A stretch of 64,000 nt of DNA from Albugo candida. Lineage: Eukaryota. Positions 55,098-64,000 of the stretch are shown here, one piece after another. The notes under the pieces were generated by a model. That model did no database searches and was not told the DNA's origin. It worked only from the letters and a program-made list of their open reading frames with translations. Numbering within the stretch: position 1 is the first letter of the stretch; the number at the start of each line of letters is the position of its first letter. The position numbers were made by a program, and so were the translations under genes. The stretch is taken from the NCBI GenBank assembly GCA_040437565.1, contig JBDOQK010000010.1, forward strand, positions 558,001 to 622,000. The letters run 5' to 3'.

Positions 55098-56321
55098 TCA
55101 GTTGACGGGAAGTAGCTGCGAAGACTTTGCCGCAGGAATACTAAAGCTGTAGGCAACTTCAAATCCCGTTATCTTATTTTCTGCCTTGCTGCTGCCGATT
55201 ATCGAATCCTCTTTCACAACAACATATTGGACTAGGACATTCGTCTTGTTGAATGACAATGCTGTGAATCCATAATTGGCCACTTCTGGTTTCCAAACGG
55301 TATTCCCTACCACAGGGTCGTACACAATTTCGCTCGGTCGCCCCCCTCCATTTCCAGATGTGATGAACGAAATACCGGCGTGAGCTTGTAGAGCCATTCC
55401 ATGAGTGTGGCCACTCGCCGATAAAGTAACACCACAATCATTCAGTACCTTGATCCAACGATCTCGCTTCTCATTTGTCAAGTGCAGTAACACGTTATAA
55501 TGTGAGAGCAGCACTTTGTGGTCAGCTTTGGAGGAGCAAGCTTTCTCCTCGATCATTTTTATTGATTCATTCTCCCAAGCATTCAAGACGCCACTACACG
55601 CCTTCACAATGTCGGTTCTGCCATCAGCACATCTTTTTTCATCCATTATAGTGACAGCTTCACATCCATTCGTGTTTGCCTGTCCATAGCACTGGCAACA
55701 TATATTCGAGACACCATTGACTCGAGCAGAATTCATATCCACAAAAAATACGTCAACAACGATATCATTCCTTGTAAACGTTCTCATATAAAAGGGTTGC
55801 TTCGGATACCACAGCTTGTTGTACTTGGCGTAGGTTTGTTGACCTAGGACATGTTGATTGAGCGCATCGATAACATCATCTGGACGTTCACACGCTACTC
55901 TAGTTGGATTGAGGGTACTGATGTTGACGTCATTCTTAATGCACAGATGTCCCCCACCACCATACCCATGATTTCCAAACAAGCCCGACCAAAAGATATC
56001 TTTCTGATGTAATTCTGGGTACACATCCTCAAAGCTCAATTTCATTCGAGTTTTAACATTCGTTGGAATGACCCCATTCCAGTACAAACTATCTCCAAGA
56101 TCAAACACATCGGAATAACAGTTGTATGTCTCGATCCACATGCCCATGATAGTCGCCACTGCAGCTTGTGTTCCGACATTATTCGTGTCGAGCGGAGCGC
56201 CCCAATCGCCCAGCGCCATCACATTGAACTGACCACAGGTCGAATCGTGTTCAGCCGCGCTTGTTCCCGAAGCCAAATTGCCCAATGTGACGAGAGACAG
56301 GATTGTCGGGCACTTGACCAT
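55098..56321 (-). CDS. Secreted PAP-like metallophosphoesterase (intact, GNHG variant)
   Basis: 407 aa; signal peptide; ALGDWG, GDSLY, GNHG, LSHY, GHTH, ICCQCYG. Confidence 0.9.
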   Translation of the reverse strand: MVKCPTILSLVTLGNLASGTSAAEHDSTCGQFNVMALGDWGAPLDTNNVGTQAAVATIMGMWIETYNCYSDVFDLGDSLYWNGVIPTNVKTRMKLSFEDVYPELHQKDIFWSGLFGNHGYGGGGHLCIKNDVNISTLNPTRVACERPDDVIDALNQHVLGQQTYAKYNKLWYPKQPFYMRTFTRNDIVVDVFFVDMNSARVNGVSNICCQCYGQANTNGCEAVTIMDEKRCADGRTDIVKACSGVLNAWENESIKMIEEKACSSKADHKVLLSHYNVLLHLTNEKRDRWIKVLNDCGVTLSASGHTHGMALQAHAGISFITSGNGGGRPSEIVYDPVVGNTVWKPEVANYGFTALSFNKTNVLVQYVVVKEDSIIGSSKAENKITGFEVAYSFSIPAAKSSQLLPVN

Positions 56322-56609
56322 AGTTGCGAAGACTGTTTGAAATTCGATTGTGAGCCTTCAACGAAGCACCTTAGTGGGAATGTCGACCAGATTTGTACCC
56401 AGGCATTACTCTTGCCTAACCGCAAAGTGTTTTAGCTGACGTAAGCGCATCAGATCCCTCCATGAGCCTTAGATCGGAATTGTCGCAGCATCGAATCGAG
56501 TGATTGGATAATATTGGGGTTGATCGATATATTTAGGAGCTTTTCTTCGAATCAAAAAGCTGTATCATCTCAACTCAGTGAATTTTACAGATGACAGGGA
56601 CCGTTATGC

Positions 56610-56683
56610 TTAAAGCAGATGACAGTGACCTATATAATTAAAGCAGCTGACAGTGAATTTTATACTTAAAGCAGATGACAGTC
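56610..56683. repeat. 28-bp period minisatellite in a divergent intergenic region
   Basis: ttaaagcag(a/c)tgacagt at 56610, 56638 and 56666; partial unit at ~56588. Confidence 0.8.
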
Positions 56684-57407
56684 ATTTGTGGGGAACCAAT
56701 CGATTAAGAGATGAGGTTGTTAGTCGATACTCTGATTGTTTACTTGTTGTAAATACGCGTCATCAACCCACTCGTTACAAATTGACAAAAGAATATGACA
56801 CTTGTTAGGGTTACTTTCACAGGATAATGTAGATGAGCTTCAAAGAATATCGAGAATTGCTAAATTATGCTCAAATTGGACGCACAATCAGCTCCTTCAA
56901 TAGCTAAGGTGCGCGGTGGGACAGTGCTCCTATACATAACATTTTGTCGTGCTTCAGATCCTTACGTTCATCGGGTGTGGTACTAAAGAGGCATACTGAA
57001 AATCAAGGATTTCAATCGAATGGCAAGGACGCAATCGCACTCATTTATATCGATTTGTGTTAATGTAGTCCACTCTAAACAACAACTGTAAAANNNNNNN
57101 NNNNNNNNNNNNNNNNNNNNNNNNNNNNNNNNNNNNNNNNNNNNNNNNNNNNNNNNNNNNNNNNNNNNNNNNNNNNNNNNNNNNNNNNNNNNNGTTAATG
57201 TAGTCCACTCTAAACAACAACTGTAAAAGCATGTTAATGAACTCATGTCCGGGTGACGTGGCTATGAGATGATGACACATCTCATTTAAGAGGTAGACAT
57301 GGACTCTGCATGCATGTAGAAAACGTGGAGGCGCAGATCGCGTTTAAAGCACTACACATACCTCCAAAGTATACACACTCGTTGATGTAAGCTTCCTTAC
57401 TCATTTC

Positions 57408-58736
57408 ATGGGCACATTCAAAAATCGAACGATTGCGGTGACTCTCATTATTGTCGCTTCAATCGCGATTTTCGTCACCGTGACAATACTCTCCAGTAAA
57501 CGGGAAAGCGTCAGTTTGGAAGAACACGCGGAAGGTGAAGACCACGAGGAGGAGGAGGAAGGGGAAGAATCAACCGGATTGCACGCGTTGGGGATCAGTC
57601 ACTGGGGAGCATATCTGAAAATCGCACGTGATGGAGAAACTGAAGTCGCAAATGGAAAAATGCAAATGAGTGTGGCCCATTTATTATCGTTATCAGCGGC
57701 AAAGCTTCAGCCTCAAGTAATTCTCAATCATGGCGGGAATTTCTATAGAAATGGAGTTAAAACATCCGACAGAGATCATCGATTCCAACAATCGTTCGAA
57801 GAGGTGTATTATCAAAGTGCTGTAGTCAACATTCCATGGTTTAGCGTCGTAGGAAAACCAGATTATGGCGGAGGATGGTACATTTGTGGAGTCGATGTGG
57901 CTGTATCTCATCCTTGCAAATCCGTAAATGAAGTGGTACAAGCACTCAACGCTAAATTCTTTCTACAAAAAAGCTACAAAAGTCCACAAAATGACCGATG
58001 GATCCTTCCAGATCGATTCTACAAGCAAAGACTCAAGGACGAGCACAGCGGAGTGACAGTCGATATTTACAATATCGAAAATACAGCAGCGGACTCTAGC
58101 GAAGCGAATGATATCTGCTGTCAGTGCGGTGCGTATTCAAAAGGAGAGCCACAGCAATGCTCGGGTGTTTCTCGTGGCGATAAGCTTTGCTTTGGTGGAC
58201 ACACAGATATGTATGATGCATGCATGGATCAATTCAGAGAATGGACTAAAGACACGTACAATCGTTTTGTGAAGGAATCGGAGGGATCCGACGCCACGTG
58301 GAGAATTGTCAACACGCACGACTCCTTTTACGGCAAAATGAGCGAAGAAAACACGAATGCTTGGCTGGATGCGATCAAAAAGGCTAAAATTCAGTTGGTT
58401 TTGGATGGAAGCACACCGTCTGAGAAACACGATTTTGGATCGTTTAATTGTCATTTTATCACCAACGGAGGCGGCGGAGGTGTGAAAACATCACCAAGTA
58501 AAAGTCTTTCTGGGCATGCGATCAAAGCTGGCATTCAAACAATCTGGGAATCTCCTGATCGACCGTACGGAATATATGAGCTGTCCTTTGGAAAAGAATC
58601 CCTCCACGTCAATTTCGTCACATTCAATTCCGACTGGCAATTCGAAAGCGCGGTGGTGTTTGGAAGTAGCAAAAGCGCGCATTGCTGGGAAATTCCACAC
58701 GATGGATCGAGAGGAGAGCCCTGTGGCGCTGACTGA
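57408..58736 (+). CDS. Membrane-anchored PAP-like protein with degenerate active site (predicted pseudophosphatase)
   Basis: 442 aa; N-terminal hydrophobic helix plus Glu-rich stalk; PAP scaffold (ICCQC, ITNGGGGG, CWEIP.DG) but SHWG, GGNFY, GKPD and GSTP at the metal-ligand motifs. Confidence 0.85.
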   Translation: MGTFKNRTIAVTLIIVASIAIFVTVTILSSKRESVSLEEHAEGEDHEEEEEGEESTGLHALGISHWGAYLKIARDGETEVANGKMQMSVAHLLSLSAAKLQPQVILNHGGNFYRNGVKTSDRDHRFQQSFEEVYYQSAVVNIPWFSVVGKPDYGGGWYICGVDVAVSHPCKSVNEVVQALNAKFFLQKSYKSPQNDRWILPDRFYKQRLKDEHSGVTVDIYNIENTAADSSEANDICCQCGAYSKGEPQQCSGVSRGDKLCFGGHTDMYDACMDQFREWTKDTYNRFVKESEGSDATWRIVNTHDSFYGKMSEENTNAWLDAIKKAKIQLVLDGSTPSEKHDFGSFNCHFITNGGGGGVKTSPSKSLSGHAIKAGIQTIWESPDRPYGIYELSFGKESLHVNFVTFNSDWQFESAVVFGSSKSAHCWEIPHDGSRGEPCGAD

Positions 58737-58864
58737 TGTGTGAATTGTGTGCTAGCGGTAATATATTTTCTCATTTATGCGTCGCCGATTTTTTTTCCAT
58801 GTGCCACGCGTTCGACCTAAAGACAAAACATGCGATTTCAAAAGCAATTTGGCTCATTTTTCGC

Positions 58865-61800
58865 CTAATGGAATTTGTACTGAATCTTCTTATGCACCTG
58901 AACCAAAAACTCGACATACGAAATATCATTTCGTGTCCGATCTTCGACCAAAGCGCTCATAAACCGATTCAAACGCCAGTCATTCTTCGTGAGGATCTCC
59001 AGAGGCTGTGACATTGGCGTTGTGGAATTCAAATACTCCACAATATCGCAAACTCGGCCTCGNNNNNNNNNNNNNNNNNNNNNNNNNNNNNNNNNNNNNN
59101 NNNNNNNNNNNNNNNNNNNNNNNNNNNNNNNNNNNNNNNNNNNNNNNNNNNNNNNNNNNNNNTCATTTCGTGTCCGATCTTCGACCAAAGCGCTCATAAA
59201 CCGATTCAAACGCCAGTCATTCTTCGTGAGGATCTCCAGAGGCTGTGACATTGGCGTTGTGGAATTCAAATACTCCACAATATCGCAAACTCGGCCTCGG
59301 AAGCTCTCATCACTGCTGCTTTGCGTATCGAATAAACAGAGAGTTTTCTCGGCCGTGTCGACCTGATCGGTGCCGAATAAAGCGGTGAGTACCTCGCCAT
59401 TGACGCGAGGACCAATGTACAGGTAGCAGCACATGGCGGAATGCAGTAGGAACATTCCATCTTCTTCCAATTTCTCTGCAGTCGGCGGTAGTTGTAATGG
59501 AAGTATGAATTTCCCATCTTCGTCAAAGCTTCCACATTCTTCGGTCATATCGTGAAGACGATATAATTTCGGGTACACTGCTGAAACAGACCATTCGACC
59601 GGTAGTGTGTTCAAAAGCCCCAACATCATCACTCGATCATCCGCTCGAACGTCGACAAAGCCTCGAGAAGCGCCTCCACTCACATTCGGTCGAAGTGCCA
59701 AACTCTTGAGCGTCGATAATGTGTACAACGGAAGCAATTTAAGCGATTCCGGAAGGATCAATTGACCAGCCAAAGACGACGATGCACAATGTTTTCGGTA
59801 GTTGTAAAGCACATTCACACAGTCTTCGATCAGTTGATTTTTAATCCCATCCAACGACCGCATTTGTGACTTGTCTACGATCTGCTTGGCGGCAGTTCGC
59901 TGCCACACAGAGCACGTGGCATCCAAATCGGCAAAGCGGAACACATTCGAAAGCAAATTATCAATCGGTAGCGCCAAATTGTGCACACGAACACATCGAA
60001 TTCCATCACTTCGTGTGAATAAAAGGGCGACTTGGAGGTACGCATCCGTTCCATCCGAAAGCGTCTCATCATGTGCCAACGTCACGCAAATAGAGCGATC
60101 TTGATCGATGATGGAAAACTCCATCTCATCCACACCCGTTCCATCGTTACTGCTGGACGTAAATGCTGCTAAACCGCTTCCAATCATTCCACTACGATTT
60201 TGCGGCACGTAAAACGACCCAAACGAACGGTCCACACGAAGCCCCGCGCTGCATCGAACCTTTAAAACAGCCTCATACCCACAATCTCGCGATACAATTC
60301 GCAGAAGCGATTGCCGTAAATGATGCTGATTGTTGCCGGCTTCCTTCTCAAACTGCGGAAGATGGTACACCCGACCGCCAGTCACTTCACAGACGCGACC
60401 GATATCGGCGAGTGATGCAAATGGAGTCGCTACGGAGAACACATCCAACGAAATATGACTTTCAGCACACTTTATAGCCAATTGATTGTATGGGGAATTC
60501 TCTTCCGGAGTGTACATTTCCACTTCTTTCGTCGTTCCATACACATTCGTATTTTCTTCGCGTCGAATTCGACCGACACCCAAATGAGGCGCACTTGCCT
60601 GAAGGAGAATCACACGTCCACCAGCGACCGATAACGCTTCCACAACGCTCCATAATGCTGCACCTGCGACCGATTGGTTGCTGGGAGTGTTTTGATGCGT
60701 CTTGATGATAATATCTGCCAGCATTCCAATCCGCTCGATCGCCTGGGGATCTTCCATCGACACCAACCAGCTCTCCGGAGGCAAAGGTGCAGGCGGATCG
60801 TCCAAATCCGAGCAGACGGCAAGTGATATCGAAGATTTCTGATCCATTCGGTAGTAATGGACTGTCGAGTCGAATGTCACAATGCCGACCTTTTTCCGTT
60901 TGTTCTGAGCCAACGAAGGAAGAATGTATTTGATCGCATCCAATGCCGCAGATAGAAGCGAAGCCTGGAAGGAGAAAACGGATACATCCAAAACAAACAC
61001 GAAAATCGGTTCCTGGGGAGCTCGGACAGTGTACGCGGCCGGAACGATGTAATCCACAGACCCTTTCGACAACTCTGCTCGCTCCTGAATGTCACGACGC
61101 TTTCCGTATTGATCCACACTGCAGTAATACTCACGTGGCGTCTCATTCTGAAGCATGCAAATATTACATACAAATTTCCGTCCGGCTTGGACAAATTTCG
61201 TGTAGCAATTCACATACGCGCGACATCGCGAGCATCGTAATGGTCCCGTGGGACCAAAATCGATCAGTGGAATTGGCAGTTCGTCTTCTTTGAGCTCTGC
61301 TAGCGGTGTGATGACAGCTGCGAATGGGATTCCACATTGTTTCAAGAGTTCTTTCGAAGCAGGAACGTGATTGAGTGTCGGACGAATAAAGCGAGGATTG
61401 CAGCAGCCTTCATCGAGACAGACGTAGTCGCTGGACGCGGGAGGTGGCATCGTCACAGTATGGCCGGATGCCACATACTGAATGCGTTCCGGGGAGACAA
61501 TCGGTCGAGGAATTTGAGACGGATCAATACGTTGTTTCTGCTGAGGAGCGTACCCGCCAGCAGGCGGAATCGATGCATTATTTCCACTTGGAAATGAATT
61601 GGGAGCGGTAGTAGGATTGCCATATCCTTGCTGATACTGCATGGCATTCGGTCCATTTCCGTGCATAGTGGGAGGCATTCCCGGTGGCATCGAATATTGT
61701 GGTGGTGGATGGGTTCCTGGTGGACCGTACATTTGATTTGAAGCAGCAGTGATTCCAGGCGATTGTCCCATTGGCGGCATTGATGGAGTATTTGGCATAT

Positions 61801-62316
61801 TCGGAGGCATTGGATTGTTGTTGGGCGGAGGATTCGCCATTGGAGGTCCACCAAAAAGCCCACGATTCGGCATTCCTCTTTGTGCCGCTACTGGAGCGCC
61901 CAAACTCGATGGACCACTCATTCTTTGGGGGAGAGGAACTTGAGTCTGCTCTCTATTTTCAACTCGTTGAGGTGGTATCATTGTCTGCGAACTCGATCGC
62001 TGCATTGGCGGGGCACCATACCCTCCGATGGATCGTGGGGGTCCCGGAGGACCTTGTTGGAAATTTGATGGCCCGCCCCCATGACTCATGGGTCCCTGGG
62101 GGGCATTTCCCCGCATAGGACCACGAAATGCGTGATGAGACCCGGCTTGATCGAATGGCTGGGTGTTGAAACCCCCATGTGCCCCATTTTGTGGCTGTTG
62201 TGCGCTCACAGAAGATGGATAAGCCTGTGAGGGATGAGAGCCTCGAGGGGGAGGCTGTTGATTTTGAGGAATGGAGGGACCTCCAGGCGGAAAACGCGGT
62301 TGAGGAGGAATACCTG
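58865..62316 (-). CDS. SEC24: COPII coat subunit Sec24 (SEC24C/D-like); first exon unresolved beyond gap
   Basis: Pro/Gln-rich N-terminus, RIDPSQIPRP, zinc finger RCSRCRAYVN..CNIC, trunk FVLDVS, LILPESLKLLPLY, C-terminal SYVEFLVQVH. Confidence 0.93.
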
Positions 62317-63082
62317 NNNNNNNNNNNNNNNNNNNNNNNNNNNNNNNNNNNNNNNNNNNNNNNNNNNNNNNNNNNNNNNNNNNNNNNNNNNNNNNNNNNN
62401 NNNNNNNNNNNNNNNNTAGCACACCTTGCGGGTTACAACTGCGGTGGTATTTGCAACAGCATTGCGTTGTTGTGGAGAAGCTTCTGAGAGAAAACTCATA
62501 AAGATGGTGCGGAAATGACGCATGTACGCATGCGTACGGATGTTTGCTGGAAAGAGCTTTAGACCATGTATTGTGTTAACAGCGACATACTCTATGCTCG
62601 AGATATAATGCACTGTCATTTGTCTGCTCTACCGACACTTTGTATAGCTCAAAGACGCCTTTGTACTTGCACGCTACTCGCTTCCATCCTGTCTTTTACA
62701 TCGTCTTTGTACCTGCTTCAGCCCGCCGACAGCCAGCAGCTATATAGCAGTAATGAAAGGATATCACGTAATCAAGGTTCCCATTTACGGTAATGTCCCT
62801 AATGATATCTTTGAGTGGCTAAAATCCATCATTAGTATGAACTGAATACTTTCCGAATACTTGTATCGATTTTGACGAATTCCCAAAGCATTTGTTCTAT
62901 TCATTACTCGCATACTTTTTCGTGGCGTGCACGCAAGGCCGCGCTTTTACTCCGTTTACACTTTACTGCATACAAAATCAAAGTGCAGCGGCGATGTTGC
63001 ACCACAGCTTTTAATGACTCATTTCACATTTTCTCCTTTTTGAAGCGCTTCTTCCTTCCATTCACATCCTCTTCAAACCCTC

Positions 63083-63826
63083 ATGCTACGTGCACTCCAA
63101 GCAGCCCACAAAGACGCTCAAGAGTCCCACGCCAAGATCGGCTTCATCTTAGCCGTCATAGTGCTACTTATCGTTCTCACATTCCTCATATTGTACTTGA
63201 AACAACGCAATCGGAAGCGACCCCAACAGCTCAAATCAACGGATGAGATCGCAACTCCCTCCGAACAAACACAAACGACCGTATCGCCAAAAACGAGTTT
63301 CACCGATGGGAACGGCGTACTCCTACTCCCGAGACAGTCCATTCAAACGGATGACACACAGAAAACCTCGGGGCTTTATGCTTCCACCGGCGGAAGCGCA
63401 ATGGAGCCATCCAATAAAGCCGGTATTCTTCTGTGCGATCTACGGGCCAGTGCATTCAGAAATCAGCATGAAAGACGAGCAATGGATAGCACGTTATCTC
63501 GTTCGTCGTCTGTGGGTCTTAGTTCCGAGAGTTCGATCGTAAGACCGAGTCAAGTCGCCACAGCCGCTGCGATTAGCGCTGGTCTCGGGCTCGTACTCGA
63601 CGAATACAGCCAACATGACGTCGAAGAGAATACAATGCTGCAAAAGCGTTATTTCGGGTCGATGAGCAGCTTTGCCTCCGACACAAGCATGTCCTTTGCA
63701 CGCGCCTCCATCGCGTCTTCCGTCCCGGAGGATTGTGACATTTATGACGGACAATTCCCATCCAGTGCGTCGCTCCATAGCGGCGTCTTACACGCAGCGG
63801 ACCTCCGCGTATCGACAGAGTTTTAA
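63083..63826 (+). CDS. Single-pass membrane protein of unknown function with Ser-rich tail
   Basis: 247-aa ORF; TM IGFILAVIVLLIVLTFLILYL followed by basic KQRNRKR. Confidence 0.65.
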   Translation: MLRALQAAHKDAQESHAKIGFILAVIVLLIVLTFLILYLKQRNRKRPQQLKSTDEIATPSEQTQTTVSPKTSFTDGNGVLLLPRQSIQTDDTQKTSGLYASTGGSAMEPSNKAGILLCDLRASAFRNQHERRAMDSTLSRSSSVGLSSESSIVRPSQVATAAAISAGLGLVLDEYSQHDVEENTMLQKRYFGSMSSFASDTSMSFARASIASSVPEDCDIYDGQFPSSASLHSGVLHAADLRVSTEF

Positions 63827-63899
63827 TTCCGATATTAATAGACAAATTTGAGCATATTTATGTCATCGTTTCAAGCCTTTTCCTCTCCGTCGCGTCGAT

Positions 63900-64000
63900 A
63901 TGAGTGATCGAGCGCTTGCCAAAAAAGATGAATGCGTTCGTGTGATGGTCCGTATCCGTCCTCCAAGCAGCAAAGAGCTGCAGGATGGACGTCAGATCGT
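63900..64000 (+). CDS. Kinesin motor domain N-terminus (partial, possibly kinesin-2)
   Basis: MSDRALAKKDECVRVMVRIRPPSSKELQDGRQI contains the kinesin VxVRxRP start; runs off the window. Confidence 0.75.
   Translation, partial: MSDRALAKKDECVRVMVRIRPPSSKELQDGRQI

Noticed and set aside
56575-56683. CRISPR-like repeat-spacer pattern
   Set aside because: Spacers only ~10 nt and similar to one another, three units, eukaryotic context, no cas genes
58925-59300. Apparent internal repeat at the Sec24 C-terminus, and similar repeats around gaps at ~3505, 8601, 25073, 26172, 26947, 47234 and 57094
   Set aside because: Identical or near-identical sequence either side of 100-N gaps: unmerged contig overlaps, not biological repeats

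Overview
Eukaryotic draft scaffold with many 100-N gaps, inferred to be oomycete and most likely Albugo (CHxC/CCG effector-motif relic, oomycete Inr/FPR promoter motifs, oomycete-type acid phosphatases). The left ~40 kb is gene-sparse. It holds LINE fragments, a GG-terminated TIR element, two complete but decayed intron-containing IS630/Tc1/mariner-type transposons (TA target duplications) plus one fragment, two LTR-bounded Copia elements plus fragments, a duplicated ~3.3 kb block and at least one frameshifted CHxC/CCG effector gene. The right part is gene-dense: a CFAP157-like coiled-coil gene with a pseudo-copy, a split ER thioredoxin-like KDEL protein, a frameshifted RRP4, Sec24, a single-pass membrane protein and the start of a kinesin. 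Across the window is a cluster of eight purple-acid-phosphatase (PAP)-like metallophosphoesterase loci: three complete genes with intact catalytic motifs, one gap-truncated gene, three pseudogenes (one split by a Copia element) and one full-length, membrane-anchored copy lacking 5 of the 7 metal ligands, head-to-head with a catalytically intact copy. All calls come from reading the sequence by eye; no searches were run.
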